Source of the DNA: Lama guanicoe
Taxonomy: Eukaryota
NCBI GenBank assembly: GCA_013239625.1
Contig: MU054220.1
Location: 3,349,374 to 3,413,373, forward strand
DNA: 64,000 nucleotides
Reading direction: 5' to 3'
A model generated the notes under the pieces. It ran no database searches. It saw only the letters and a program-made list of their open reading frames with translations, and was not told the DNA's origin. Positions 26,761 to 39,560 of the stretch are shown in pieces; the first letter of the stretch is position 1; each line of letters opens with the position of its first letter. Both the position numbers and the translations under genes were made by a program.

Positions 26761-27378
26761 ATACGATCCAACAATCCCATTCCTGGGCATATATCTGGAG
26801 GGAACCCTAATTTGAAAAGATACATGCATCCCAATATGCATAGCAGCACCGTTTACAATAGCAAAGACATGGAAGCAACCTAAGTGTCCATTAACAGATG
26901 ACTGGATAAAGAAGCTGTGATATATTTACACAATGGAATACTACTCAGCTATAACGAAGAATCAAATAATGCCATTTGCAACAACATGAATGGACCTAGA
27001 TATTGTCATAAGAAATGAAGTAAGCCAGAGAGAGAAGGATACCATATGGTATCACTTATATGTGGAATCTAAAAATAGACACAAATGAACTTGTTTACAA
27101 AACAGGAACAGATTTATAGACATAGAAAACAAACTTATGGTTACCAGTGGGGAAAAGGGATGAGTGGCAAGGAAAGATAAAGTGGGAGTTCGGGATTTGC
27201 AGATACTAACTACTTAACATAAAACAGAGAAACAATAAGGTTCTTCTGTATAGCACAAGGAGCTATATTTAATACCTTGTAATAGCCTATAATGAAAAAG
27301 AATATGAAAAGGAATAAACTGAATCACTATGCTGTATACCAGAAATTAACACAAGATTGTAAACCGACTATACATCAA

Positions 27379-27410
<32 letters not shown>

Positions 27411-27412
27411 AT
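26761..27412 (+). mobile_element. Younger L1 3' end with (TAAA)n tail
   Basis: Similar to the young L1 at 696-1868 (caatggaatactactcagc, tatgtggaatctaaaa). Tail at ~27380-27412. Confidence 0.85.
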
Positions 27413-28221
27413 AGTCTGGGTTTTAACAGGCCAGGAGGTGCCAAGGACAGAACACAGAGCCTGGGACCCAAGTGGTAGGGAAGCCACATTAGAGACCCCC
27501 ACATGAAGTCAAAATTCCAAAAGAGACTGTGTGAATTAGAACATACTGTAAACATAAAGAGACAGAATGTTTAAATGAAAAGAATGGAAAATAATACAGC
27601 ATGCAAATTTGAACCAGATAGAAATTGATCTGACTATACATCAAAGACTGTATGTCAAAGAAAGTATACTTTACAACAAAACACATTACCAGAGAGAGGG
27701 ACATGATGTAAGGATGAGGATAAATACACCATGAAGGTATTATAGTCTTAAATCTCCAGGTCCCCAATGTCTTAGCTCTAAAACACAAATTGATAGAACT
27801 TTAAAAATCACAGCAGGAGGCTTTAATGTACTTTGCTCAGTTCATGTTAGAACAAACAGACAAAAAAAATTAAGAATATAAATGATCTGAAAAATATACT
27901 TAACAAACTGATCCAATTAAATATATAGAACATTGCAACTGACAGCGACCACATCCACACATATTTTTCAAGTGCACATGGTATATTTATCAAAATTTAC
28001 CATAAGCTGGTCCTTAAAAAAAAAGCCTCACACTGTTTCCCAAAGGATTGGAAATATTCAGGGTATTTTTTTCCTGATGAGTATAGAATAAAGCTAACAA
28101 TCAATAACAAAAAGATAACTGGAAAACTGCCAATTGCCTAGTAATTACACAATATACTTTTATAATCATAGGTCAAAAAAGAAATTGCAACAGATATTAG
28201 AAAATATTTTGAAATGAATGG

Positions 28222-28580
28222 TGTGATGGTTAACTTTATGTGTCAATGTGTCTGGGCCATAGTGTCCAGATTTTGGTCAAACATTATTCTGGATGTTTCT
28301 GTGAGGATTTCTTGAATGAGATTTCCATTTAACTTGGCGGACTTTGCGTAAAGCAGATTACCCTCCATAATGTGGGTGGGCCTCAACCAATAAGGTGAAG
28401 GCCTGGATAGAACAAAGACTAACCTTCTCCAAGCAAGAGGGAAGAGCCTTTGGACTTGAACTGCAGCATCAGCTCTTCCCTAGGTCTTCATAATCATATG
28501 AGGCAACTCCTTAAAATAAATCTCTCATATATACCCGTATCATATTGGTTATGCTTCTCTGGAGAACCATGACCAAAAAC
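28222..28580 (+). mobile_element. MLT2-type ERVL solo LTR nested in L1
   Basis: tgtgatggttaactttatgtgtc...aaagcagattaccctccataatgtgggtggg...ctctggagaacc, same family signature as 5228-5694. Confidence 0.85.
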
Positions 28581-28911
28581 AAAGGAAATAAAGATAAGGT
28601 ATATACAGTGTGAGCGAGAAAGCCAAAGAAAAGCTTAGAGAAAAATGTATAGCCTTCAATACATATATCAAACATAGGAATGAAATCAGTGATCTAAACT
28701 CCTATCTCAATAAGATAGAAAAAAAACACAGTTATTTAAACCCAGTGAAAGTAGGAAGGAAACAATAAACGCAAAATCAGAAATTGATACATACACAAAA
28801 TAGGAACAAATCAATGAAGCCTAAAATTGTTTCTTTGAAAAGATTAATAAAATGTATAAACCTCTAGAAAAACTGGATAAGAACCAAGAAAGAAAACACA
28901 AATTACTGATA

Positions 28912-29118
28912 CAATTGAAGCTTGAGCAACACGGGTATGAACTTACACATACATTTTTTCCAGTAAAAATGTACTACAGGACTGCACCGTCCTGAGGTTG
29001 GCTGAATGCCTGAATGTAGAACTGTGGATACAGAGGGCTGACTGTAAATTTATAAGTGGATTTTCAACTGCTCTAGGGGTCAGTGCCCTGAACCCCCACA
29101 TTGTTCAAAAGTTAGCTG
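28912..29118. mobile_element. Tigger2-like Tc1/mariner MITE nested in L1
   Basis: TA flanks at 28910-28911 and 29119-29120. Degenerate terminal inverted repeats caattgaagcttgagcaa / ttgttcaaaagttagctg. Confidence 0.7.
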
Positions 29119-29794
29119 TACAAAACACAAAAAGGAGGACATCACTGCAGACTTTACAAACCTTAAAAAAATATAAGGAAGACATTATAAGCAATTTTAT
29201 TAGAATACATTTTTTAAATTATGGTGAAATAGACAAGTGTTTTCAAAAAAAAAACAACTTGGCAAATGACTAAAGGAGCAAATAGAAATTTTTGATTTTT
29301 CTGTATCTGTTAAATAAATTGAATCTGTTCATCAGAATCTTCCCAGAAGGAGAACCTTGGGCCCAGATGGCTTCATGGGAGAATTCTTTCATGTGTTTAA
29401 GGCAGAAATAACCCCAATCTTACATAAGTTCTTCTAGAAAATAGAAAATGCAGAAACACTTTCCAACTCATTTTATAAAACCAGCAAAACTTAGATACCA
29501 AAACCTGAAAAGGAGGATTAAGAAACTATAGATAATTATTTTTTATAAACATACATACAAAAATCTTAAAATGATAGATCAAATATAGCAATATATAAAA
29601 GGGACGTCACATCAGAGACAAGAGAGTCTGATTCCAGGTACACAAGTTTGCTTTAACATCTAAAAATTGATCAGTGTAACTCACCACATTGATACATCAA
29701 AGGAGAAAAAATAATAATGTAACCACCTTGATAGATACGTTAAAAATCATTTGATAAATATTAATACCCAATCATAATAAAAATAAAAATCTTA

Positions 29795-30170
29795 AAGAGA
29801 AAGAAAAAAACCAAATGAAATCACTCATATGTGGAATCTGAAAAAAAAAAAGAAAAAAGGAGACACTAACGAACTCATCTACAAAACAGAAACAGATTCA
29901 CAGACATAGTAAATAAACTTATAGTTACCAAGGGGGAAAAGGGGTGGGAAGGGATAAATAGGGAGTTTGAGATAAGCAAATACCACTACATATTAAATAG
30001 ATAATAAAAACAAATTTCTTCTGTAGAGCACAGGGAACTATATTCAATATCTTGTAGTAACCTATAATGAAAAAGATTATGTAAACAATTATATGTATGT
30101 ATATGTATGACTGAAACATTAAGCTATAACCAGAATTTGACACATTGTAGCTGACTATACTTCAATTTAA
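29795..30170 (+). mobile_element. Younger L1 3' UTR insertion nested in old L1
   Basis: tcactcatatgtggaatct...gtagagcacagggaactatattc...ctatacttcaatttaaaa. Near-TSD aaaaatctta / aaaactctta, host ORF2 resumes afterwards. Confidence 0.8.
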
Positions 30171-30267
30171 AAAAAACTCTTAGCAATATAGGAATAGAAA
30201 GGAATTTCCTAATTTGATAAAGGGTAACTACAAAAAATCCACAGAGGACATTATACTTAATGGTGAA

Positions 30268-30786
30268 TGTTGGAAGGTGGAAGGAAGGAAAATTGCACAG
30301 TGAACTGAAAAGGCATCTTGAGACTGAGAAATGAGGCAAGTGGCTCCATACAGTCAACAGATCAGTTTATTACAGGGTGACTTACTCACAGGGTGGGATC
30401 AGGGTCAGGTGGACAACGGTCCAGAAGCATTCGCCTCTGCACTCCATACCACCAAGGGGCCACTGGGACAATTTTAGAGTTAACCGAGGCTATAGAGGTA
30501 GGTGCTCGGAAACAGGACAAGTATTCCTAAGTCAAGATTTATGAATGGGTAACTAGTCTCGTGGGTGTTGAGAATACATCAGGGAAGGTTTTCATCATTG
30601 TTTGGGGGCTAACAGAGCATAGAAGCCACCTGGTCTTAATGGTTATTAAACAGTATCTGTTAACTAGAGAGCCCTTGACGACAGAGAGGTGACTCACCAC
30701 ACAGTACAGTCCTGGGGAGGGTCAGCGGAAGGACAGGAGAAACTGTAAGGGCCCAAGATGGTGTCAGTTATGCTAATGGCCATACA
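30268..30786 (-). mobile_element. ERV solo LTR copy A (family unassigned)
   Basis: 519 bp, TG...CA termini, 5-bp flanks GTGAA/GGGAA, AATAAA on the minus strand at 30366-30371, host L1 resumes immediately. Homologous to 38011-38528. Confidence 0.85.
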
Positions 30787-32024
30787 GGGAATTACTGAAA
30801 ACTTTACCCTCTGAGATTGAGTGGAAGTCACAGGTGCATGCTCTATTCACTTTTGCTCAACTTTGTATTGTATTCAACATTAAGTTAATGACATAAAGCA
30901 AGAAAATGAAATAAATGATGTAAATAATGGAAAAGAAGAAATCAAACTGTCATTTGTAGAGGACATGATTGCATGTGTAGATAATCTAAAGAAGCTATAG
31001 ATAAACTATTAGAATTAATTAGTATGTTTAACATGGTCATTGGATTCAAAGCCAATATGAAAACTCAATTATATACACAGAAAATAAATATTTTAAGATG
31101 AAACCTTTTATAGTAGCACCATAGAACGTTAAATATCTAGAAATAAATTTATTAAAACATATGCAAGCCCTTTTCACGGAAAACCATGGAAAATTATTGA
31201 AATAAATTAAAGATGTAAATATGGCAATGATATCAGTTTTTCCCAAACTGATCCACACACATGTGAAAAGGTGCTCCACTCTGTTATCCAGAAATGCAAA
31301 ATAAAACACAATAAGAAACCATAACTCACTTACCAGAACGACCAAAATTAAAAAGACAGACACTACCTACTGGAGCGAATGGAATATTTATACATTGCTA
31401 GTGGGGCAATAAATTGGTAAAGCTGTTTAGCAGTATTTACTAAAATCGGACACACACCCATCCAAAGGCCCCCAAATCCCTTCCTGGGGACACGCACACG
31501 TTCACCAAGAGACGTGTACAAGCATATTATTAGCGATGCTATTTATAAGAGCAAAATACTAAAAACTACCCAAATGCCCACCATTCAAAAGAGTAAATAA
31601 ATTGTGGAGGATTCACCTACTATGGAATATCACACAGCCATAAAATTTAATGAGCTCCTGCTATGTGACATTCAGAGCATAATGATCATTGAAACAAGTC
31701 GAATCAGAACCGAGGAAGATAGGAAAACAGTTCTAGATTGAGGGAAATTAGAGAGACATAATTGCCAATGTGGTAGGTGGAATCTGAGTTCCACATTTTG
31801 AAAAAAGCTTTATAATGCATTTTGAGGAAAACTGGAGAAGTCTGAGTATGGACTATATGCTGGATGAAGTTACTGATAAAATACTGATGTTTGGAGGTGT
31901 GAAAAGTGATTAGGGTGAATAGGAAGATGTCCTGTCCTTGGGAGATGCATGCTGAAGTGTTGAAGGCTGAAAACCACAATGTTTGCAGCTAACTTTTGAA
32001 TGGTTTGGTAAAAGTGGGTGGGGG

Positions 32025-32075
32025 AGTGAGTGTATGTGTGTGTGTGTATGTGTGTGTGTGCATGTGCGAGTGTGT
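32025..32075. repeat. Imperfect (TG)n microsatellite
   Basis: Read directly. Confidence 0.8.
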
Positions 32076-32209
32076 ATCATACACAGAGAGACGGAGACAG
32101 AATGGCAATAAGTTAACAGTTGCTGAATCTAGATGAGAAGGGACATAGGTATTCATCAAATTATTCTTTTAACTTTTCTAGGAGCTTACTTTTTTTTTTC
32201 AAAAGAAAA

Positions 32210-34490
32210 TAGAAGGAAAAATGAATATGATGCCTGCCAATTACAGAAAATGTACACAATAAAACAGAAAGAAAGAAAAAGGAATAGAGAATCCAAATAG
32301 GCTTTTTATGGTTATAACCTGAAAATCAGTTGCATCAGTAGAGGAGAATATCTGCTGTCTCTGTCTTTATTTAATATTGAATTGGAGGTTCTAGTCATGC
32401 AGTAATAAAGAACAAAGAAATAAAGATTGAACAGGAAGAGACAAAATTATCTACCCAGAAAACCCAAGAGACTCTACAAATTACTAGAACTAAGAGAGTT
32501 TGGCCATGATTGCTGCACATAAGATCAATAAGCAAAAATAAAATGCATTTTTTACTCTAGCACTATAGAGGTAGAAAAAGTAATTTTAAAAAGATTCCCT
32601 TTATAATAGCAACAAAAGTAAGTAAGCAAAAAATAAACCTAGCACAAGATTTACGGGTTGCTTTATGGAGCAACCAGTGAATCTTTATTAAAACAAAAAC
32701 AAAAACAGAGAGGGCCCAATCATCGAGAGAGAAGCTACCTGCAGAGATGGTGAGATTTGACAGCATAAATATGTCAATTTCCTCCAAATTAATTTCTAAA
32801 CTCAATTCAACTCCAATCAAAGTCTCCAAAAGGTTTTTCACTGTACTTGACAAATGGATTCTAAAAATACATTTGGAAGAGCAGGCATAGCCCAGGCAAT
32901 TTTGCGGGTAGTGGCGTTTGTCCTGGCAGGTGCTAAGACTTAATATAAAGCCGAAGTAATTAAGACAGTGTGGGAGGGAAGCAAGAATAGAGATGTGAAT
33001 CAGTGGAACAGAATGGTGAACCCAGAAACACATAGGGAAACTTTATATCCCCACATGAATGTGGAACCCTTACACTTGGCAGAGATGACAATGCAAATCA
33101 ATATAAAAGGACTGGCTAGTCAATCAGTTATCTTAATGGAAAAAGTAAAATTAGATCTCACCTCCAACCAAGCACATAAGTAAATCCCAGGTAAATGAAT
33201 GACTTAAATGTAGGAGGGAGAAGTTTAAAACTTCTTGAATAAAATATAGGAGAACATCTTCATTACTTCAGAACAGGAAAGGTTTTCTTCAACAATATAC
33301 AAAAAGTACAAGCCATGAAAGAAAGAAATTGACCATCTTAACATTATAAAGGTTTCTGTGCCAAAAGTCATCACAAGCAAAGTGAAAAGGTGATCACTGA
33401 TTGGGAGAGGGAATCTGCCGTGTAGATGACAGACACAGAATTAGGGTCAGTGACACATGAACAACTGTGAAGCACTAAGAAGAACACAAGCAACTTTACA
33501 GTCAACTGGGAAAAATCCACAAAAAGACATTTCTTAGAAAAAGTATGCAGGACACCGATGAAAGGATGATCGTCCATTGGTCATTAGGGAAATACAAATT
33601 AAATCGCATTGTGCTTTTCCATTTCACTCCCATTATTAAGAGTCTGATAGCATTCCTTGGGGGCAAGGATGAAGATCATGGAAATTCATCAGCCTCCACA
33701 GGTGTAAACTTGGCAGACAGCATTTCTCAGTAACTTAAGGATGCACATCTTACCACATTACCATCTACTCTTTTTTTTAAAAACTTTTTTTTTTTTTGGT
33801 GGGGAAGGTAATCAGATTTGTTTGTTTGTCTGTTTTAATAGCAGTACTAGGGATTGAACCCAGGACCTCGTGCATGCTAGGCACATGCTCCACCACTGAG
33901 CTATACCCTCCCCCACCATTCACTCTTACTTATGTTCTAGGGAAACTCTTGTGCAGAAGGAAGACATACAAAAGGGCTCAAGTCAGCATTGTCTCTTAGA
34001 GCAAAAACTGAAATCAACTTCACTGCTCATCAGGGGGAGAACAAATAACTACTTGTGGTATGTTGGAATAATAACATTACATAGCAATAAAGATAAATGA
34101 ACCAAAGCTATCTATATATACAGCATAGACAAATCTCATGAACACAAAATTGGGAAGAAGCTAGAGTTAATAAAAATATATATAATGTAATAATGTCTAG
34201 GTAGTGTTTTAAAATATGAAAAACACTGTAAATGGTTTATAGATACTCACACATGCAGGAAAAATACAACAAAACACATGAAAATGATAACCATCAAATT
34301 CCAGACTTTCCAGATTCCCTTTAGAGGGGAGAGAAGGATTGGAGCGAGCAGGGGGCTTTCTTTGTATCTGTAACAATTTCTCTCTTATCCTGAAATGGTG
34401 GGGTCACAGGTGCACATTATATTCTCCTCTGTACTATTTTTTTTTGCTATGTCAAAATATTTCATAAGAAAAAAAAGAATATAAAATAAA
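32210..34490 (+). mobile_element. Very old fragmented L1 (ORF2 to 3' UTR)
   Basis: attggaggttctag, tgtcaatttcctccaaattaat, ttctaaaatacatttggaag, tggaacagaatgg motifs in colinear order. Confidence 0.65.
33773..33914 (-). mobile_element. tRNA-derived SINE (camelid Vic-1-like)
   Basis: Reverse complement reads ggggagggtatagctcagtggtggagc...gggttcaatccc, with poly-T and a degenerate TSD accatctactctt / accattcactctt. Confidence 0.85.
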
Positions 34491-34789
34491 ACACAAAATC
34501 TGATAGAAAATGAGCAAAGCTACGAGTAAATGCCAGAGACTGGGCCCACCATGACGGGCCTGGGGAGGATGCCGCCGGATGGCTGGGCCCGCCTTGGGCA
34601 GGATGCAGGATCCAGGAAGGAGGAGGAAGCACATGCTATTCATCTGGTTTAGGTGTCTGACACACGGGATGGTGGCTGGTGTAAACCCTGGGATAGTGGG
34701 AGACTCGTGCTGCATCATGCACCTGCCAGAAGTCATGGATGGTTTGAAGTCCTTTCCCAGCTACAGAGAATCTCACCATTTATTCATAA

Positions 34790-35230
34790 TTATGACAAAT
34801 ATTTATTGGCTCCCCACTATGTGACCAGGAAAGTGGAGAAACAATGAGTGAAATGGACACAGTCCCTGCCTTCAAGATGACAGGCTAAAGGGGGAGGTGG
34901 GCCTTAATCTAATGATCACAGAAATAAATACGTGTGAGAGATGCTAGGAAGGTAAATCACATTCTGTCATGAAACAGCCTGCAAAGTCACCCAGACACAG
35001 TTTGGGGGTCAGGAAAGTTTGCTGAAGGAGGGACATTGGAGCTGAGATGGGAAGGCTGAGAAGGCATTAACCCCACAAAGAGCAGGGTAAATGAGGCGAG
35101 GGCTCCAGGCAGGAGGAAGCACCTGGAGACACTGGGAGGAGGGCCATGGGCCTGGAGCACAGGCCACACAGGCACAGAAGCAAGAAGAAATGAGATAAGA
35201 GATAGAGCAAGGCCACGCAAGTTCTCCTGG
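34790..35230 (-). mobile_element. L2 LINE fragment
   Basis: aaatatttattggctccccactatgtg...acagtccctgccttcaag resembles the antisense L2 3' end. Confidence 0.6.
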
Positions 35231-35659
35231 GACATGTTAGCCAAAAAGCAAAAAAAAAAAAAAGACATTCACTCATTCTGATTTGATGATGATAATCAGA
35301 TTTGATTCTTTGGGACTTCACTCTGTTGACAATACCAAGTGCTGGCCAGAATGCGGGGCACCCAGAACCCTCCTCCACTGATGGCAGCAACACAAAGTGG
35401 GACAGCCACTCTGGAAGCCAGCTTGGTGGTTTCTTAGACTCTTAGACAGTTCAACATACACTTGCCACAAGACCCCAGAAAAATGAAAGCTTATGTTCAC
35501 ACAAAAACCTGTGCAAAAAGACGTTGGTGGCAGGTCTCTGAGGGCCTTCAAGAAGTTCATTTCAGCTGCTCCTTTTAAGAGGATCTACAAGATAATCACA
35601 CATCTCCTGCCCCATTCCAATGCCACTACTACCACGTCCGGTTACCACCCCTCCTAGTA

Positions 35660-35890
35660 TTGCTAGCTACCATTTTTTGACTGCTAACCAGGTGCAGGCC
35701 ACGTGCTAGGAACTTTTCGTGCATTATCTCCTTTGACACTGACAAGTTTTGTGAGGTATATATTACGAATCCATTCTACAGATGAGGAAACTGAGGCTCC
35801 AAGAGATGCCTCTTGCCAGGGGTCCCATAGTTAGTAAGGGATGGAGCTGGACTTGACCCAGGTCTGCCAGCCTCTGAGCCTGTGCTCCAA
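35660..35890. mobile_element. MIR SINE
   Basis: ccattctacagatgaggaaactgaggctc core. Confidence 0.7.
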
Positions 35891-37379
35891 ACTGCCCTTC
35901 TGGCTTCTGGTCAGTGATGGGGTGGGAGGCCACCTACACCCTCTTTCTGGCCCAGGTTTCTCCAATCTGTGACATGGAACTGATGGCAAATGAGCCCACA
36001 GATACTCACCTTGACCAGACGAAAGAGCTCACAAGCTTTGAGTTGCTGAAAATAAAGATGCTTCATAATTATTAGCTCAAAATGTGAACAAATAAAGACT
36101 AGCCTTACGCGCTCCTCTTTATTCATTCTCGGAATGTTAGACAAAGACGACTCTAGAGAGAACCTCCAACTTCCTCCTTGACGGGCAGGGAAACTGAGGC
36201 CCTAAAGAGAGAGTGGCTTGCTGGACATCACCTGGAGACTCCCGGCTCCCTGCGCAGTGCATCTTCAGCTGTACATACCAAACTTTCTCTTTATCGTTTC
36301 TGCAGAGAAATCTATTCCAGGAAACAAACAATAGTCAAGACCCCTTAGCATACCCAGTGGGTCTGTCTTAGAAACTCAGTGGCTTCTATCTGCACTGAGC
36401 CCTGAACCCAAGCCTGACACTGGAGGTGCAGGGACGAATGAGGCGTGGTGCTCGATGCCTGCCACGTGCCCTCAACCCAGCAGAGGAAGGCAGGTAAGCC
36501 GCATGGGCGCCTAGGCCTGTCCTCTTGTTTGGGGTGAGTCGTCAGCCTCCCACCTGGTTGGTGAGAAATCACAGAATAGGACTGATGCCATTGGAGGTCC
36601 CAGAAGCTGCTGAGACCACCACTCCCAGCGCAGAGCCCCGCCTGTCCCCGGGGGCAAAGCAGCTGCTCCAGCCGCTGGAAAAACTAGGCCCTGTCGAGGC
36701 CGCAACTGGGGAGCAATTCAGAGGAGCCAGGGAGGGAGAACGGAGGGGAGGGAAATGCTGGCAGCAGGCCTCTGCAGGACGTTTGTTAACCAGCCCCGCA
36801 AACACGGGGAATGGGGCCCGGCGGCCCAGGGCTGTTTACAGGCTGCAGCAAACTGTTATTTTATGGCTGGGGGCACAGGCAGGAAATCGGGGTTTTATGG
36901 CTCACTGCACATCAATAACAAACCCAGTTAGAGACTCCGTGGCCTGCCATAGGCCCAGAGCACTGAACAAACATTAAGAAAGAAAGTCACTCCTTCCACC
37001 TCCCTCCCGGAGAAACACCTCCGCCAGATTTTCCTGCCCAAGCCCCTTCCTTACAGCGGGAAGGCCACGCCCATTTAGTGCGCTTTCGTTAGTTGTAATT
37101 TCCCAAAGAAACAAAGATCTAGAGATTCTTTTGGCTGGTTAAAAAGAAAACCCCAGCCCACCAAAGGGACTAAATAAAAGGATGAGTCACTGCAGTATCA
37201 ATTGTTCGCACTTTATAGCACTTTACAGTTTTTAAAGGGGCGGTCACACTCAGCCTCTCTCTTGGCCTCATCTCAATCCTCCAGGGAGGCAGGAATCCTC
37301 ACTCTCAATTTACAGATGAGGAAATTGAATTTTAAGAAGCGGAAGGACTTGCCAGAGGTCAGTAGGTAACTGGTTAGTT

Positions 37380-37800
37380 ATGTTGTTTGGGACTCTGTTT
37401 GTTGCAAGTAATAGAGTTTTTTTTTTTTTTTCAAATTGGATAAGACAAGGGAAAGAAAATGTAGTGTCACACACAACCAAAGACTGGGCTGACTTCAGGC
37501 ACAGCTGAATCCAGGAATTGGCATTTTTCTTCCTCTTTGGATTCTGCTTTCCTTTGTGGGCCTGTGTCTCAAATAGACCCTCTCTTCAGCGTGGCGTCTG
37601 GCAAGTACAGATTTGCATCATTTTCACAGCCATAAATCCCAGTAGAAAAAGCTTCTTTTTTCCTTTGGTCTCAGTAGAAGTCCTTAAGGACTTCAAGGAC
37701 TTCTACTGAGAGTTGAGTCTCATTAGACGAAGAGCCTACTTTGAATCATTCACTGTGGTTCCGGAGATGGAAGATGCTGGCTGCCCAAGCCTGTGCTGTG
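37380..37800. mobile_element. LTR33-like ERVL LTR fragment
   Basis: ggactctgtttgttgcaagtaatag...gacttcaggcacagctgaatccagg resembles the recalled consensus. Confidence 0.5.
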
Positions 37801-38010
37801 GTCACTCATGAAGTCACTGGGCTCTGCAACCTGGTGTTTGGGAGTCTCCTGGTGGAAAGACTAGCTCTCTGCCCCTTGAAAATGGGACCAAGTTCATCAG
37901 TCAGTGAGTTCAGTACGTAGCTCCCCATCAGCTTTTTATTGCTTCATCCTAAAAGACGAGTGAGCCACCAGGGTAAAAAGAGAGAAAACCTTGCAACATG
38001 AAAAAGAAAA

Positions 38011-38528
38011 TATTAGAGGATGGAAGGAACAAAATTGCCCACCGAACTGAGACGGCATCTTGAGACACAGAAACAAGGCAGGCGGCTCCTTATAGTCAGT
38101 GGATCCATTTATTACAGGGTGACTTACTCACAGGGTGGGATCAGGGTCAGGTGGACAACGGTCCAGAAGCATTCGCCTCTGCACTCCATACCACCAAGGG
38201 GCCACTGGGACAATTTTAGAGTTAACCGAGGCTATAGAGGTAGGTGCTCGGAAACAGGACAAGTATTCCTAAGTCAAGATTTATGAATGGGTAACTAGTC
38301 TTGTGGGTGTCGGGAATACATCAGGGAAGGTCTTCATCATTGTTTGGGGACTAACAGAGCATAGAAGCCACCTGGTCCTAATGGTTATTAAACAATATCT
38401 GTTAACTACAGAGCTCTTGACGAGAAAGAGATGACTCAGCAGACAGTACAGTCCTGCGGAGGGTCAGCGGAAGGACAGGAGGAATCGTAAGGACCCAAGA
38501 TGGCATCAGTTATGCTAACAGCCAAACA
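38011..38528 (-). mobile_element. ERV solo LTR copy B (same family as 30268-30786)
   Basis: 518 bp, alignable end to end with copy A. Own 5-bp flanks GAAAA/GAAAG. Confidence 0.85.
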
Positions 38529-38529
38529 G

Positions 38530-39560
38530 AAAGCATAACATAAATAAATGGTAAAACTGACTTTAAAGGAAATGGAGCAAGTACACAGCAGGCACAGTAG
38601 TTTTCAAAATTTCTGCAGAAAGCTTTGAGAAGATGTTGCAACCAAGAAAATCAAAAGTTGCTATAAAGATGAAGTAATAAGGAACCCTTGAAAAGTGCAA
38701 AGAAGACTGTCAAAATTAAAAGTGAATTCAAATGTTGCTTTATAAAGTCAAGGAAATCTTCCACAAGGTAGAAGAAAAGGCAAAAGGAGGGGAAATATGA
38801 GAAAAATTAGGCATGTGAAAGAGTGATCGGGAAAGCACAGCATCAGACTCATTGGAGTTCCAGAAAAAGAACTGGGAGAAAGAGAACAAAAGCATTCCCA
38901 GGGTTGAGGACCAAGTATTTAGACTGAAGGGCCCACAGAATGCCCAGCCCAGTGAAAGGAAAGGGACCTGCTTACACTGTGGTGAGATTTCCAAACCCTA
39001 GGTGTGAAGGATAGATCATGTAAAGAGTAGAACTTCTAAAGAGAAACAAACAAAAAATGCGAAACAAAAAAAGAGCATTTATCTGTTTAGTGTTGCTGTC
39101 AAAGGAATGAAATGCAGAGTGGCATCAGAAACTGGAGGGTAGAATCAAAATGGAGCACAGCTATTAAATTGTGAGAGAACATAATTTCTACTGTAGAATT
39201 CCATGTCCAAGTGGTCAGTAGCACTTTATTAAATTCTGAAGTTAAGAAAAAAGACATTTTCAGATTTTCCAAGACTCAGAGCATTTGTCTTGCACCCTCC
39301 TTTTCTGAGGAAGTTACTTGAGGATGTGCTCCAGAAAATGAAGTCCTTTCTTTGGACTGAAAAGAGAGGAAAATGTGGCCCATAACCTGAGAGAGTGATT
39401 GAAGGAAGTACTAGAATTTCAGCTAAAAGAGTTGGCCTGGAGAGCAATTAGTCCAGTTAGAAAGAAAGAGATGGAAGATTCTAAGAGGGTATCTGGAAAA
39501 ATACAGAGTTGTGATATATTCAGAGAATTTGGTGCCACATAAAAGGGTATTACAAGCAGT
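38530..39560 (+). mobile_element. Old L1 ORF1/HAL1-like remnant
   Basis: A-rich; ggagttccagaaaaag, gactgaagggcccacagaatgcccagc, tttctgaggaagttacttgaggatgtgctcca. Confidence 0.55.

Larger units (their letters stand above)
27500..31690 (+). mobile_element. Old L1 ORF2 (endonuclease to 3' region), fragmented and hosting at least four later insertions
   Basis: Degenerate colinear ORF2 motifs (ttcaagtgcacatgg, ggcccagatggcttcatgggagaattc, gacatgattgcatgtgtagataatc) resume after each insert. Confidence 0.8.

Noticed and set aside
30268..38528. Full-length provirus with two LTRs around a ~7.2-kb internal region
   Set aside because: No gag/pol/env, PBS or PPT seen. The interior is L1/L2/MIR/SINE, each LTR has its own flanking duplication, and the outer flanks (GTGAA vs GAAAG) do not match.
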